Source of the DNA: the human T2T-CHM13v2.0 reference genome, Homo sapiens
Assembly (NCBI GenBank): GCA_009914755.4
Contig: CP068257.2
Span: 22,560,001-22,624,000 of the forward strand
Direction: 5' to 3'
DNA length: 64,000 nucleotides
The position numbers were made by a program, and so were the translations under genes. Under the pieces are notes generated by a model. It did not search any database, had not been told where the DNA came from, and worked only from the letters and a program-made list of their open reading frames with translations. Each line of letters opens with the position of its first letter. Position 1 is the stretch's first letter. Below, piece after piece: positions 25,253-36,941 of the stretch.

Positions 25253-26657
25253 GTCTCATTGTGTAGGCTGTATTTTTACTTCGTTGTTTCCTTTGCTGTG
25301 CAGAAGCCTTTTCATTTGATGTAGTTCATTTGTTTATTTTTGTTTTGTTGCCTGTGCTTTTGATGTCATATTAAAAAAAATTGCCAAGACTTCAAGGAGC
25401 TTTTACATTTAAATTTTTAATCCATTTCAATTAATTTCTGTGTATGGCGTAAGGTAAGGGCACAATTTTGTTCTTTGACATGTAGCTATCCAATTTTCCT
25501 GGCATAATTCATTGAAGAGACTATCATTTTCCCATTTGGTTTTCGTGATACCCTTGTTAAAGATTAATTTACCATATATGAGGGGAGGCTTTGTTTCTAT
25601 CTATTTTGTTCTATTGGTCTATTTATCTGTTCTTCTGTCAGAACCATACTGTTTTGATTATTATCATTTCATAATATAGTTTAAAGTGAGGATGTTTCTC
25701 CAGCTTTGTTTCTTTATTCAAAATGCTTTGACTATTCATGGTCTTTTGTGGTTCCACAAATGTTTTAGAATTGCTTTTTCTATTTTTGTGAAAAATGCTG
25801 TTAGAGTTTGGATAGGGATTGCATTGAATCCGTAGATTGTTTTGGGTAATACAGACATTTTAACATTATCAGTTCTTCTAGTCCATGTACACAGAATAAC
25901 TTTCCATTAATTTTTGTTTTCTTAAATTTCTTTCATCTTTTTTTGTAGTTTTCAGTTCACAGATCTTTCACTTTGTTGGTTAAATGTGTGCCTAAGTATT
26001 TTATTGTTTTATTAATGCTATTAGGAATAGGATTGTTTTCTTAATTTCTGTTTTGGATAGTTTGCTGTTATGTATAGAAAAACAACATATTTTTTATGTT
26101 GACTTTTTATCCCTCTATTTTATGAATTCTTTTATTCTAAAAGTATTTTGGTAGCATGTTTAGAATTTTTGATATTTAAAATAATATGCTTTGCAAACCA
26201 GAACATTTAACTTCTTCCTTTCTGATTTGGATGTCTTTTTTTTTTTATCTTGCACAGTTGTTCTAAGACTTTCTGTACTATGTTGAATAGAGGTGGTGAG
26301 AGTGGGCATACTTGCCTTGCTCTTGATTTTTGAAGAAAGCTTCTGGCAATTCACCATTAGGTATGATGCTAGTTGTGAGCTTGTCATTGTGGCCTTTATT
26401 ATGTTGAAGTGCATTCCTTTTAAAAATAACTTGCTGAGTTTTTTTTTCATAAAAGATTGTTGAATTTTGAATGTTTTTTTCTGCATCTTTTGATTGAGAT
26501 GATCAATTTTATTATCCGTTCTGTTAAAAAGGTGTATCTTATTTATTGATTTACATATGTTGAACCATCCTTAAATTTCATAGATATGTCCCACTTTATC
26601 ATGGTACATTATTACCTTGTAATAATTTTTTGAATTGAGTTTCCTAGTATTTGTGGC

Positions 26658-27237
26658 TTCTTCACTCCCCTAGTTTGACGAGTGAGAGGGAGTGTTACAG
26701 TTCTTCCACTCTCATAGTTCAGCAAACAGGAGGGAGTGTTACCATCTTTTCACTCCACACGTTCGGCCAGTTCCAAGTTCTTGTGTCACAACCAAGAAGA
26801 ATGAGGGACGTGGACACCAGAAAGTGCATGAGGCAGAGTAGAATTTTATTAAGCAACAGAAAGAAAGCTCTCAGCAATGAGAGACGACCTGAAAGAGGGT
26901 TGCCAGTTGCCAGGCTGAGTCCAGGATTTCTATGGGCTTGGAATGGGGAAATGAGTGCTGATTGATTTATGAGTAGGCTTAGAAAAAGTGCCATTCAGAA
27001 AGAGGAACGATAGTGTAAAGAACCAAGCAGAGACTGAAGTGGAGGCTTGGCCAGGACCCTGGCCTGGGGCCAATCAGGAGCCGAGTAGGAATATAAGTTC
27101 TCACTCCAGTCTGCGGATTCTATCTGGAATTGGTAGTTTGGTTTTCAGGCTTCAGGATGTTGCTGGCTTGAAGGTTGAGTTTTGCCAGGGACCCATCACA
27201 ATCTGCCTAGGAATTTGTCTGCCTCTGATTGCTGTCA
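26658..27237 (+). mobile_element. Solo ERV-type LTR (~580 bp; ERV1-like, related in sequence to the LTR12 copy at 6040-6250) nested in the antisense L1
   Basis: It interrupts otherwise collinear L1 antisense sequence (left ...ttcctagtatttgtggc | right ttttgttgaggtatattgcatctatgttcacc...). Flank motifs of tatttg/ttttg type suggest a short TSD. The element ends in ...gattgctgtCA. Internally, gagtgttacagttctt...gtggacaccagaaagtgcatgaggcagagtagaattttattaagcaacagaaagaaagctctcagcaa...gggttgccagttgcc parallels the LTR12 segment gagtgttacagttcttaagg...gtggacccaaagagcaagcatcagcaagatttattgcaaagaggaaaagaacaaa...gccagttgcc. Several CpGs are retained. Confidence 0.45.
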
Positions 27238-30200
27238 TTTTGTTGAGGTATATTGCATCTATGTTCACCAAGAATATCAACTTTTAACTTTTTTTTTTTG
27301 TGGTATCCTTACGTTGCTTTGTAATAGGATAATAACAGCTCGGAAAAATCAGTTTGCATGCATCCTTTCCTTTTCAATTTTTTGGAAGAGTTGAAAAGTA
27401 TTTGTGTTAGTTCTTTAAATGGAAGAATTAACCTGTGAATTCACTGTGAACATTCACTTGGTCATGGATTTTTTGTTGTTGTTGTTAGAAGGATTTTTAT
27501 TAAACCTTTAATCTTCTTACTTAATTTTTACTTCAGATTTTCTATTTCTTTATGATTCAGTCTTAGTAGGTAGTATGTTTTAAGAATTTATCTATTTCTT
27601 CTAGGTTATTCAATTATTGGATTATAATTGTTCATAGTAGTTTTTATGATCCTTTGTATTTCTCTGTTATCAGTTGTAAGTTCTCCGTTTTCTTTTATGA
27701 TTTTGAGTCTTCTCTCTTTTCTTAATACAGACATTAAAAGCTATGTACTTCCTTCTTATAACTGCTCTTGATGCATCCAGAAAGTTTTGCTATGTTGTAT
27801 TTCTATTTTTGTCTGTAGATACATTTTGATTTTATTTTTGATTTCTTCTTTAACCTATTGTTTTTCAAGAATATGTTGTTTAATTTCCACATATTTGTGA
27901 AATTTCCAATTTTCCTCCTGTTAACCTATCTCTAGTTTCAAAACATTGTAGAGAAAATTTACCTGATACTACGTTATTCTTCTTAAATTTGTTAATACTT
28001 GCTTTGTGGCCTGCCTACTATTCCTTATTTAGAATCAAAAGCGTTCTTATTTTATCCAAAACCTTCCATATGTATATTTCTGAATTTAAAAAATTGCAAT
28101 AGTAGTTCATTATTCATTGAAATTCTTCAGAGTGTATCAGTAATTAAAGTCTTAAATATTTTTGTAAAAGTAAATAAATCAACATAAGAATGCTATAAAT
28201 GTAGGAGATTCTGGAAATTGTATTCACTGTATGATAATGTTTAACTTTATGTCCACCTATGTTTCTCACACTTAGAGGGAAAAAGCAAGTCTTCTGTTAT
28301 AAAGGTTTCCAAATGCATAAGCTTAGATAATTATTTTTCTTGAGTCTAAAACTTGTTTTTTTACAGATAAATTATTATACAAAAGAGTTGAGGTTTATAA
28401 TTGAAGAACAAGATAGGTTTCAATTCAATTCAAGAGAAATTTTGTTATTTTATTTAGGCTTAGATTGTTATGTGTGTGTGAATATATTTATATAAAAAAA
28501 CTTGAAAATATTATAAAATATACCATCTAAAACACACACAAAAATTGTAATCACGATGTCTAAATGACTCTTTATTTTTAAAAAAAGTATCCAGGAGTCC
28601 AGAGTTTTCCTTTTTTTTTTTTTTTGGTAAGGAGTCAGATACCAAATAATTTAGGCCTTTTAGAAAATATGCTCTTTCTTATGACTGCTTAGCTCTACTG
28701 TTGCAGTTTAAAAGTAGTTAAAACTATTGGCAAATAGAAGGAGTCAACTATGTTTCAATGAATGCATTTAGAGAAACAGACAGCAAGACAGATTTGCCTG
28801 GTGAGTACTATTTTGCTGACCTGTGCTCTAGGATTAGAAATATTTTCTTTTATAGGATGAAAAAACCGAGCATCATATAAATAAAATAAAATGCTTAATG
28901 CATACAACTAGCTAAGTAATGGGAGGCTATGTCAAATCAGTACAGATGATCTCTAGCACATTATAGAGTATTAAAACTCATTTTTCTTTTCACTGCTCCA
29001 TATCTGTGTTAAATTTTATGATGAATAACCTAACTTACATTAAGATGTGCAAATATTTTCTTCCATCGTGTAGCTATACTTCTGGCCCTTGGACTTTTTA
29101 TCTGCAGGATTAAAGACTAGAGACTAGAAAATGCTGCATAAAACAGAAGGTTTCTCTTTTCTTTTATTGTGAGCCATATAACCTTAAATGGAATGTGAAG
29201 AACTCTAAGGTGTTTCATAAAAGCAAATATATTTTATAAGAGATATGGAAAATATGATATACAGAAAGTTCTAAGAATCGGGACAGTTTTGTCTAGAGGA
29301 AAAAGGGCTTACACTGATTTAATTGCAATCTTCAGCATATGAAAATATGTTCTTATTAGAATAGATTCTAGATTTCTTTACGTAGTAGAAATTTTCAAAA
29401 ATGGATTTTGAAAGTTTCAACTAGCAATCACTGTCTCCTTTTAAATATGGGTTTTTAAGAAAATCATTATATTTTATTTTTTTCATCAAATTTTAAGAGA
29501 ATAATATTAGTATATATTAGACATAATACAAAACTGGAAAAAATGCGGTATAGTTCTGATTTTATATCTAACTAGAAATGAAAATTGTGCAAGCTAATTC
29601 ATTGGTGTATTGTTTCTTATTCAGAAAACAGCATCTGTGAGCCAGGTTTTCTCGTTGAATCTAAAATATAATTGTTTCAAAAACTTCTCAGCTAAATACA
29701 GCAAGAAAATATATGTCTTCACTAACACACACAGACACACACATACATACACACACAGTTCAATAAATTCTCTGTAACCATATTCATTTATAAAAAGCTA
29801 AAAAGCTAAATATGAGTTCATACTGATGCCTTCACCTCAAATCCATTACCATATTGACTATTCTGGACAACTTCTTTGCTCGTATTTGTAATATATGTTC
29901 TTAGTCCAATAGTAAGAACCCTGGCTCCCACATCTGCCATCCATTAATTCAATTGTTCAGTTCCAGTATATATGTTTATTGATGTAAGAATTTTTAACCC
30001 ATACCTCTATTGGAAAAATGTTATCAACTAGAGAACAGTACATATGTATTACAAACTAAAATTCATTTCCAAAGTTGCGTAAGATGGCAACTTTTCCCTC
30101 CACTCCCTTCACTGAGGTTGTTTAATACATTTGAAGTGCAGTTATATTCTCTTGTCACAATCTGCATTCCTTCCAAGATCCCATGTTTTTCCAATTATTT

Positions 30201-30786
30201 TTAAATGTTGCATAGATTATTGTTTACTCTTTTTGCTATAGTTTTGTAAGTTTTGACAAATACAAAACTTCTTATATGCAATATTAAAGAATTATACAGA
30301 TTATTTTAACTGCTTTCAAAATCTCTTGCACGTCATCTATTCAGCCTTCCTCCCTTTCTCCTGAATGTATGCCAACCACTGTTACTTCTACCGTTTCTGT
30401 ATTTTTTTCCTTTTCTAGAACACTATATAATTGGAGGTGTATAGTGTGTAGCATTTACACACTGGCTTTCTTCTCATAGCAAATATCCGTTGGTTTCACT
30501 CATTCTTTTCTTGGTTTAATAGCTCATTTATTTTTTCCCTGAAAAACCTTCCATTGAATGAATGGATTGACCACAGTTGGTTTATTCATTAATCTACTGA
30601 AAGACATTTCAGCAAATTCGAATTTTGGACTCTTATAAATAAAGCTGCTATATGCTTTCATATAAAGTGTCTTTATTTGCTTGTTTTTGCTTTGATATTT
30701 CTTGGTTTTGTAGATGTAGGCTTGCAAATTAATAAATACCTGGAAGTGTAATTTTTGGATATTATAGTAAAACTATATTTGGTTTT

Positions 30787-31195
30787 TGTCTTAGTTCATT
30801 TTCTGTTGCTATAACAAAATATCATGGCCTGGGTAATTTGAAAATAAAACAAATTTACTTTCTAAACGTTTGGAAGCTGGGAAGTCCAAGAACATGGTGC
30901 TAGCATCTGCTGAGAGCCTTCTTACTTTGTTATAGTGTGGCAAAAATGCAAGCGAGCATGCAAGAGAGAAAGATTAAATTGGGCCAAATTCCTCTTTCTC
31001 ATGAGCCCTCTTTATTATGAGCTCACTCCCACAATAACTAACCCACTCCTAAGATGGCAGCATTAATGTATTCATGAGATAGAAGCCTTCACAATCTAAC
31101 GACTTCTTAAAGGCTCCACCTCTTCATGCTGTTACGTTGGCAGTTACATTTTAATATGAGTTTTGGAAGAGACATTCAAATCATAGTATCTTTGT
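30787..31195 (-). mobile_element. ERVL-MaLR LTR (MLT1-like), antisense
   Basis: tgtcttagttcattttctgttgctataacaaaatatcatggcctgggtaatttg...ttggaagctgggaagtccaagaacatggtgctagcatctgctgagagccttcttactttgttatagtgtggc is the reverse complement of the MLT1 3' end (...ccagcctccagaactgtgagaaa...tggtattttgttatggcagccc...gactaataca). Confidence 0.6.
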
Positions 31196-31379
31196 AAGAA
31201 ACTGCCACTCTCTTCTAAATTGACTGTACATTTCACTTTCCCACCATCAAGGAATGGAAGTTCATGTCACTCTACATCCTTGACAGCAGTTAATATGGTC
31301 AGTTCTTTGGATTTTAGCTAATCTAATATGTGTGCAGTAATATGTTAATGCTGTGTTACATTGCAATGCTTTGTTGACA

Positions 31380-33600
31380 AGTGATATTAAACGTATTTTC
31401 ATATGCTTATTTTCAATCTGGATTTTTTTTTCTGGTTAAGTGTGTGTTCATATCTTTTGCCCATAGTGTAATTGTGTTGTTTGATTCTTTATTACTGAGC
31501 TTTCAGAGTTCTTTGAATATTTTTGATATATATTTTTATCTTTTATGTTTTGCAAATGTTTCCCCTTAGTCTGTGATTTGTCTTATCATTTTCTTTACAG
31601 TTTCCTATGCAGAGAGGCAGAGAGTAAACTTTTCATTTTAATAGTGCAATTTACAATTTTTAGTTTCATGGGATAGAGTGTTTGCTGTTATATCTAGAAA
31701 TTCATTACAAAGCCCAAGGTCACCTAGAGCTTCTCCTAGATTTTCTTACAGAAGTTTGATACTTTTGCATTTTGCATTTAGGTCTGAGATCAACCTCACT
31801 TTAATTTTTATAAGAGGTAAATTCTATGTCTGGATTCATTTATTTCTGCATATGAATGTATAATCATTTTAGCATCATTTTTGTAAAGATTATTTTTTCT
31901 CCAATGAATTGGATTTGTTCATTTTCCAACATTTACCCAAATATATTTCTGTGGCCATATGTTTTAGTTTTATGTTCTGTTTCATTGTTCTAGGTGTGTA
32001 TTATATTATACCACACTGTCTTAATTATTTTCATGCATTGTTATTAGATACATGTATCTTTAAGATTATTATGTCTTCTTGGAGATTTGACCTTACTATC
32101 TTTATGTAATGAATGTCTTTATCCTTGATACCTTGCCTTATTCTGAAGTCTTCTTTGTCTAAAATTAACATATTTATGCTACATTTTATTAGCATTAGCA
32201 TTATATATCTTTCTCCATCAATTTTATGTTTAGTCTAATGGTATCTCTATATCGAAAGATTTTTTGTAGATATCATATAGTTGGATCTTGTTTAATATCT
32301 TTTTAAATTAAAAAATAATATATGATGTTTAGATGGTATTTAGACCACTCATATTCTAAAATCTGCCCCAGTTGTAGCTGTTTTCTATTTGCTGCACTTG
32401 TTGTTGTCTTCCACCCCCAACTCTGCCTTTTAACTCCTTTCTGGCTTAATAGAGCATCTTTTTTAAGATCCCATTTTCTCTTGTCTCAGTATATTTCACT
32501 TCTTTTGTAAAAGAAATATATTTGTCCTAGAGTTTGCAATACAATTTTACAACCAATATAAGTCCACTCTGAAATAGTACTGTATCACTTCATGGTTTTG
32601 CATGTACCTTAAAACACAGCATTCTCAAGTCTTCTCTTCTGTGTCTGGTAATATTGTTGCCATTCATTTCACTTAGACAAACAATATAGTTACCCAATAC
32701 AATGCTTGTTATTATTTTAAACTAGTGTTATCAATTAGATTAGATGAAATAAAAGTAATAATTTTCTTTTGCCTTAATCTATTCCTTCTCTTATTACTTT
32801 ATATAGATTCAAGTTTTTCATCTATATCATTTTTTTCTCTCTGAAATACTGTTTTTAACTTTTCTTTCAGGATAGCTGTGTCAACAAATTTGCTTGGATT
32901 TTTGTTTGAAAAACCTTTATTTCTCTTTCATTTTTGAAGGGCATTTTTCCTGGTTGTGTTTTCTTTACTTTTCTTCCATACTCTCTTTGTTGCATGTTTT
33001 TTTAAATGAAAAATCTGTTTCTTTATTTTACTTGTTCCTCAATATTTTATCTTTTTCTTTTATTTTTGGAGCTGCAATATAATATCCTGGTGTAGATTTT
33101 ACAGTATTTTTTCTGCTTGGTGCTCTGAGAGCTTCCTGTTTGCTGCCAGCCATTAATTTTGGGAAATTTCTGGCCATGATGATTTTAAATAATTCTTGTG
33201 CTCCATCTTTCCCTCTCCTTCTGATATACCAGTTGTACAAACGCTGCCCCCCTTTTTTTTAGAATTTTCTCACAGTTCTTGGATTTTTTTCTCTTTGCAT
33301 TTAAATTTGAGAAATTTCTATTGACATATATTCAAGTTCAGAAAAGTTTTTCTTTGTAGTGTCAAGTTTACTAATGACTTACCAAAGGCATTCTTCATTT
33401 CTGTTACAATGTTATTGATATCAACCATTTTCTCAATATTTCCTTAGTGTTCCCATTTCTCTGCATATGTTATCCATCAAATCTTGCACACTGTAACCTT
33501 TTTTAATTAGAGACCTTAACATATTAGTCATAGTTATTTTAAATTTTCTGACGTAATTCTAAATATTGTCATATCTTCATTTCTAATGTTGGACTTAGTG
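31380..33600 (-). mobile_element. Ancient LINE-1, antisense (T-rich ORF2/5' region complement); it probably extends to ~34200
   Basis: Characteristic old-L1 antisense composition and motifs (tgtgttcatatcttttgcccatagtgtaattgtgttgtttgattctttattactgagctttcagagttctttgaatatttttgatatatatttttatc...). Boundaries are soft. Confidence 0.45.
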
Positions 33601-33656
33601 TGTATGTGTGTGTATATATATATATATATACTATATATGTATATATATATATCTTT
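33601..33656. repeat. (TG)n(TA)n compound microsatellite
   Basis: tgtatgtgtgtgtatatatatatatatatactatatatgtatatatatatatc. Confidence 0.85.
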
Positions 33657-35644
33657 TGTAAGTTATGTATGATGTTTTATGTAATAGGACTGAGATAAGT
33701 AGGCCTTTTGTTGTTTTAGGTTATTCTGGCTAGAAGTTGTTCTGGGTTTAATGCTTACTGTATCTGTGTCCTTGTTTTTTCACTCCTCTGTTGCTTCCCT
33801 AAAAACTCCTTCTACAATAAAATCCTGCACCTCTTTTACGTGTAATCCAATATTGAAATCTTGTTGATGTGGTGTTAAGATGTAAGGGAGGTCAAGTGTT
33901 CTATAACTTTATAATTACATCTCCGTCTTTTAAGGGTCTGTGTTCCTGGTCTATGGTTTTAAATACGCTTTTTATCAGCCTTTAAGTAGGAAAAGAAATC
34001 TAGTGAGAATAGGAGTTGGTAATTGCCTGCTCACTAAGTGAGATAAGGCTCTGATAAAGTATTTTCCCCGATGGGTACTCATTTGTTAAGAACATTTTGG
34101 TTGTATTTCTAAATGGTCACTTCCCTACACTCCTGCCAGAGACCATGAGGGGATTTTTCTTGACAATTCATTGTAGGGATGAGAGGAGAGTTTCCAAACA
34201 CCTTACATTTCACAAGTAAACTCAGAAGCCACTTGCTTTCAAATAGCACCAAAATATATAAATTAAAATATTTCAAATCTTATAGACTATTTACTGGATC
34301 CTTTTTCAAACAGTTATTACTTCTCATTTAGAAAACTCTCCTTTTCCTGGTTTTACTTGACAACACACAATCTAAATGCATTTTTTTCACCTATGGATAG
34401 TGATTCACCCTTCCCATGTCATTAATGTTTAGGTGTTCCCAAAATACTTTGTAAATATTGTTTCTTACATTTTTACTCTTTTCCACAGATATTCTATATA
34501 CTCCCATAGCTCCAGTTCATAATTTGTCGATTATTTTTACCTTTATATTTCCAATAATGTCTTCTCGCTTACTATTGAGTACTATACTCAAATTAGTAAA
34601 CTAATACTCATCCTGTGAAAAACGCCACCTTCTTGCAAACACCAACAAACTTGCTGTCTTTATTGAATATCTCCACCTTTGACAATGACACAGTGGTGCA
34701 TATACATATCATTTTATAAATATTCACAATATTCATGGATACCCCCTTCCCTGCAATTCACTCCTATGATCCTCAAATGTTATTGGGATTCAAATAAAAA
34801 GCCCTATTTTTATAGTCATAATATATACTAATTAATTATAGGTGAAAATATAGGAACAATCTTCTTTTAAAAAAATGCATATTTACTTTTCCTCCATTTT
34901 ATTATTTGGATGAGTGGGAGTTTATCAGTGTTAATATATTAAATATGAATTTCTCATTGATTATCTGAGTATACACAAAGGCAGGTGTAATTATTTAATA
35001 TTTTCCACGCTGCTTTAGGACATTAAATTTAAAATAATTTCATTATTTTATTTATGCATGTAAATATATATGTGTGTGTGTATTACACATACCATCATAT
35101 GCCTAATGAAGATGATTTAAAATTTGCTAAATGCTGCATATTGTGTAATAAGTGTGGTAGGAAACAATATTTATAGTTTTACAACATGAACAGTTATAAA
35201 ATAAAGCAATTGATCTCCCTGGTATAAAAGCTTACTTTTAGATGTAATTTTTAAAATAATTAAATGCAACATTTCAGTACCTCCTTCAAGAAGAAATTAT
35301 GTAAACCCATAGAAGAAAATTTGATGGTTTATAGGCAGGAGAATGAAGCTGTATGACACCTGATAGGTGGTGTTGAATCCTATTGATACATTTAGTAACT
35401 GATTCTACAGATCAATAATGGCAATAATCATGGTGATTTACTGTGAAGGGAATATATTTTGGTGGTATTTAGGCCTTGACTGACAATATTTAAAAGACGA
35501 ATTGAATAATCTGCCATGTTAAGCTTCTCATGAAGACTTTAATGTATCTTTGATTTGCCATAAGAAGAGTGAATTCCTTATTGTTTAAAAGCATTGTGTT
35601 GAATCAGAATATTTTATTAGATCTGTGCAGTGTTTATATGTTAA

Positions 35645-35917
<273 letters not shown>

Positions 35918-36210
35918 TAGAGATTGTGCTGCCTACTTAACAGATTTGCTGAGTCCAAGGGGAAAATATAACTAGCGAATTATCTAAAAGATTGATATCA
36001 TATTACAAATAAACAGCTAAAAGCTGCCCTTGATTCCTGGATTATTATTTGAAATGACTTTAATCCCATTCCCAATAAAAAAATACAGACCTGTTTACAT
36101 TATTATGATTGGGATATGATCATGATTTATTAGCTTTTATTTCAATAGAACTGTTGTAACTTTACTTATTCTAACAAGAACATTTATGATGATTAGAACC
36201 TTGATCTTTT

Positions 36211-36578
36211 CTTTATCCAGCCTATCACTGATGGGCATTGAGCTTGGTTCCATGTCTTTGCTATCATGAATTGTGCTGCAATGATCATATGCGTGCATGT
36301 GTCTTTATAATAGAATGACTTATATTTCTCTGGGTATATACCAAGTAATAGGATTGCCTAATGAATGGCATTTCTGTCTTTAAGTCTTTGAGGACTAGCC
36401 ACACTGTCTTCCATAATGGATGAATGAATTTACACTTCCACCCAATAGTGTATAAGGGTTCTGTTTTCTCCACAACCTCACCAGTATCTGTTATTTTTTG
36501 ACTTTTGAAGAATAGCCATTCTGACTGGTGTTGGATAGTATCTCATTGTGATTTTGATTTGCATTTCACTAATAAACC
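36211..36578 (-). mobile_element. Inverted 5' segment of a twin-primed LINE-1 insertion (antisense; corresponds to L1 ORF2 C-terminal region)
   Basis: cctatcactgatgggcattgagcttggttccatgtctttgctatcatgaattgtgctgcaatgatcatatgcgtgcatgtgtctttata...ggtgttggatagtatctcattgtgattttgatttgcatttcactaat is the reverse complement of L1 ...atgcaaatcaaaaccacaatgagatacc...gcaataaacatacgtgtgcatgtgtctttatag.... Confidence 0.75.
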
Positions 36579-36941
36579 GTAGAATACTATGCAGCCATAA
36601 AAAAGAAAAAAAGACCATGTTCTTTGCAGGGACATGGATGGAGCTGGAGGTCATTATCCTTAGCAAACTAACACAGAAACAGAAAACTAAGAACTGCATT
36701 TTCTCACTTATGAGTGGGACCTAAATGATGAGAACACACGGACACATGGAAGGGAACAACACACACTGGGGCTTTTTGGAGGGTGGAGCATGAGAGGAGG
36801 GAGAGGATTAGGAAAAACAAATAATAGATACTTGGCTTAATATCTGGGTGGTGACATAATCTGTACAATACAGCCCCACTACATGAATTTACCTATGTAA
36901 CAAATCTGAACTTGTACCCCTGAACTTAAAAGTTAAAAAAA
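36579..36941 (+). mobile_element. Sense 3' end of the same twin-primed LINE-1 (3' UTR and poly-A), flanked by ~14-bp TSDs (36197-36210 and 36942-36955)
   Basis: ...gtagaatactatgcagccataaaaaag...ccatgttctttgcagggacatggatggagctggaggtcattatccttagcaaactaacacag...ttctcacttatgagtgggacctaaatgatgagaacacacggacacatggaagggaacaacacacactggggc...aacttaaaagttaaaaaaaag. The flanking direct repeat is agaaccttgatctt / agaaccgtgacctt. Confidence 0.8.

Larger units (their letters stand above)
23783..28200 (-). mobile_element. Ancient LINE-1 (L1M-type), antisense, ~4.4 kb, interrupted by a solo LTR at 26658-27237
   Basis: T-rich antisense L1 sequence throughout. The 3' end motif (...gtgagaacactcgagagccattcgcttagcaaatttcatatataaaatgc...) resembles the L1M 3' UTR complement. 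There are antisense ORF2-type stretches (ggtgtgaggtgatatcttatgcttttgatttgcatttccctgatgattagtgatgttgagcaacatttcttg; ctatgttgaatagaggtggtgagagtgggcatacttgccttgctcttgatttttgaagaaagcttctggc). The sequence resumes after the LTR as ttttgttgaggtatattgcatctatgttcacc... and gtgaacattcacttggtcatggattttttgtt. Confidence 0.7.
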
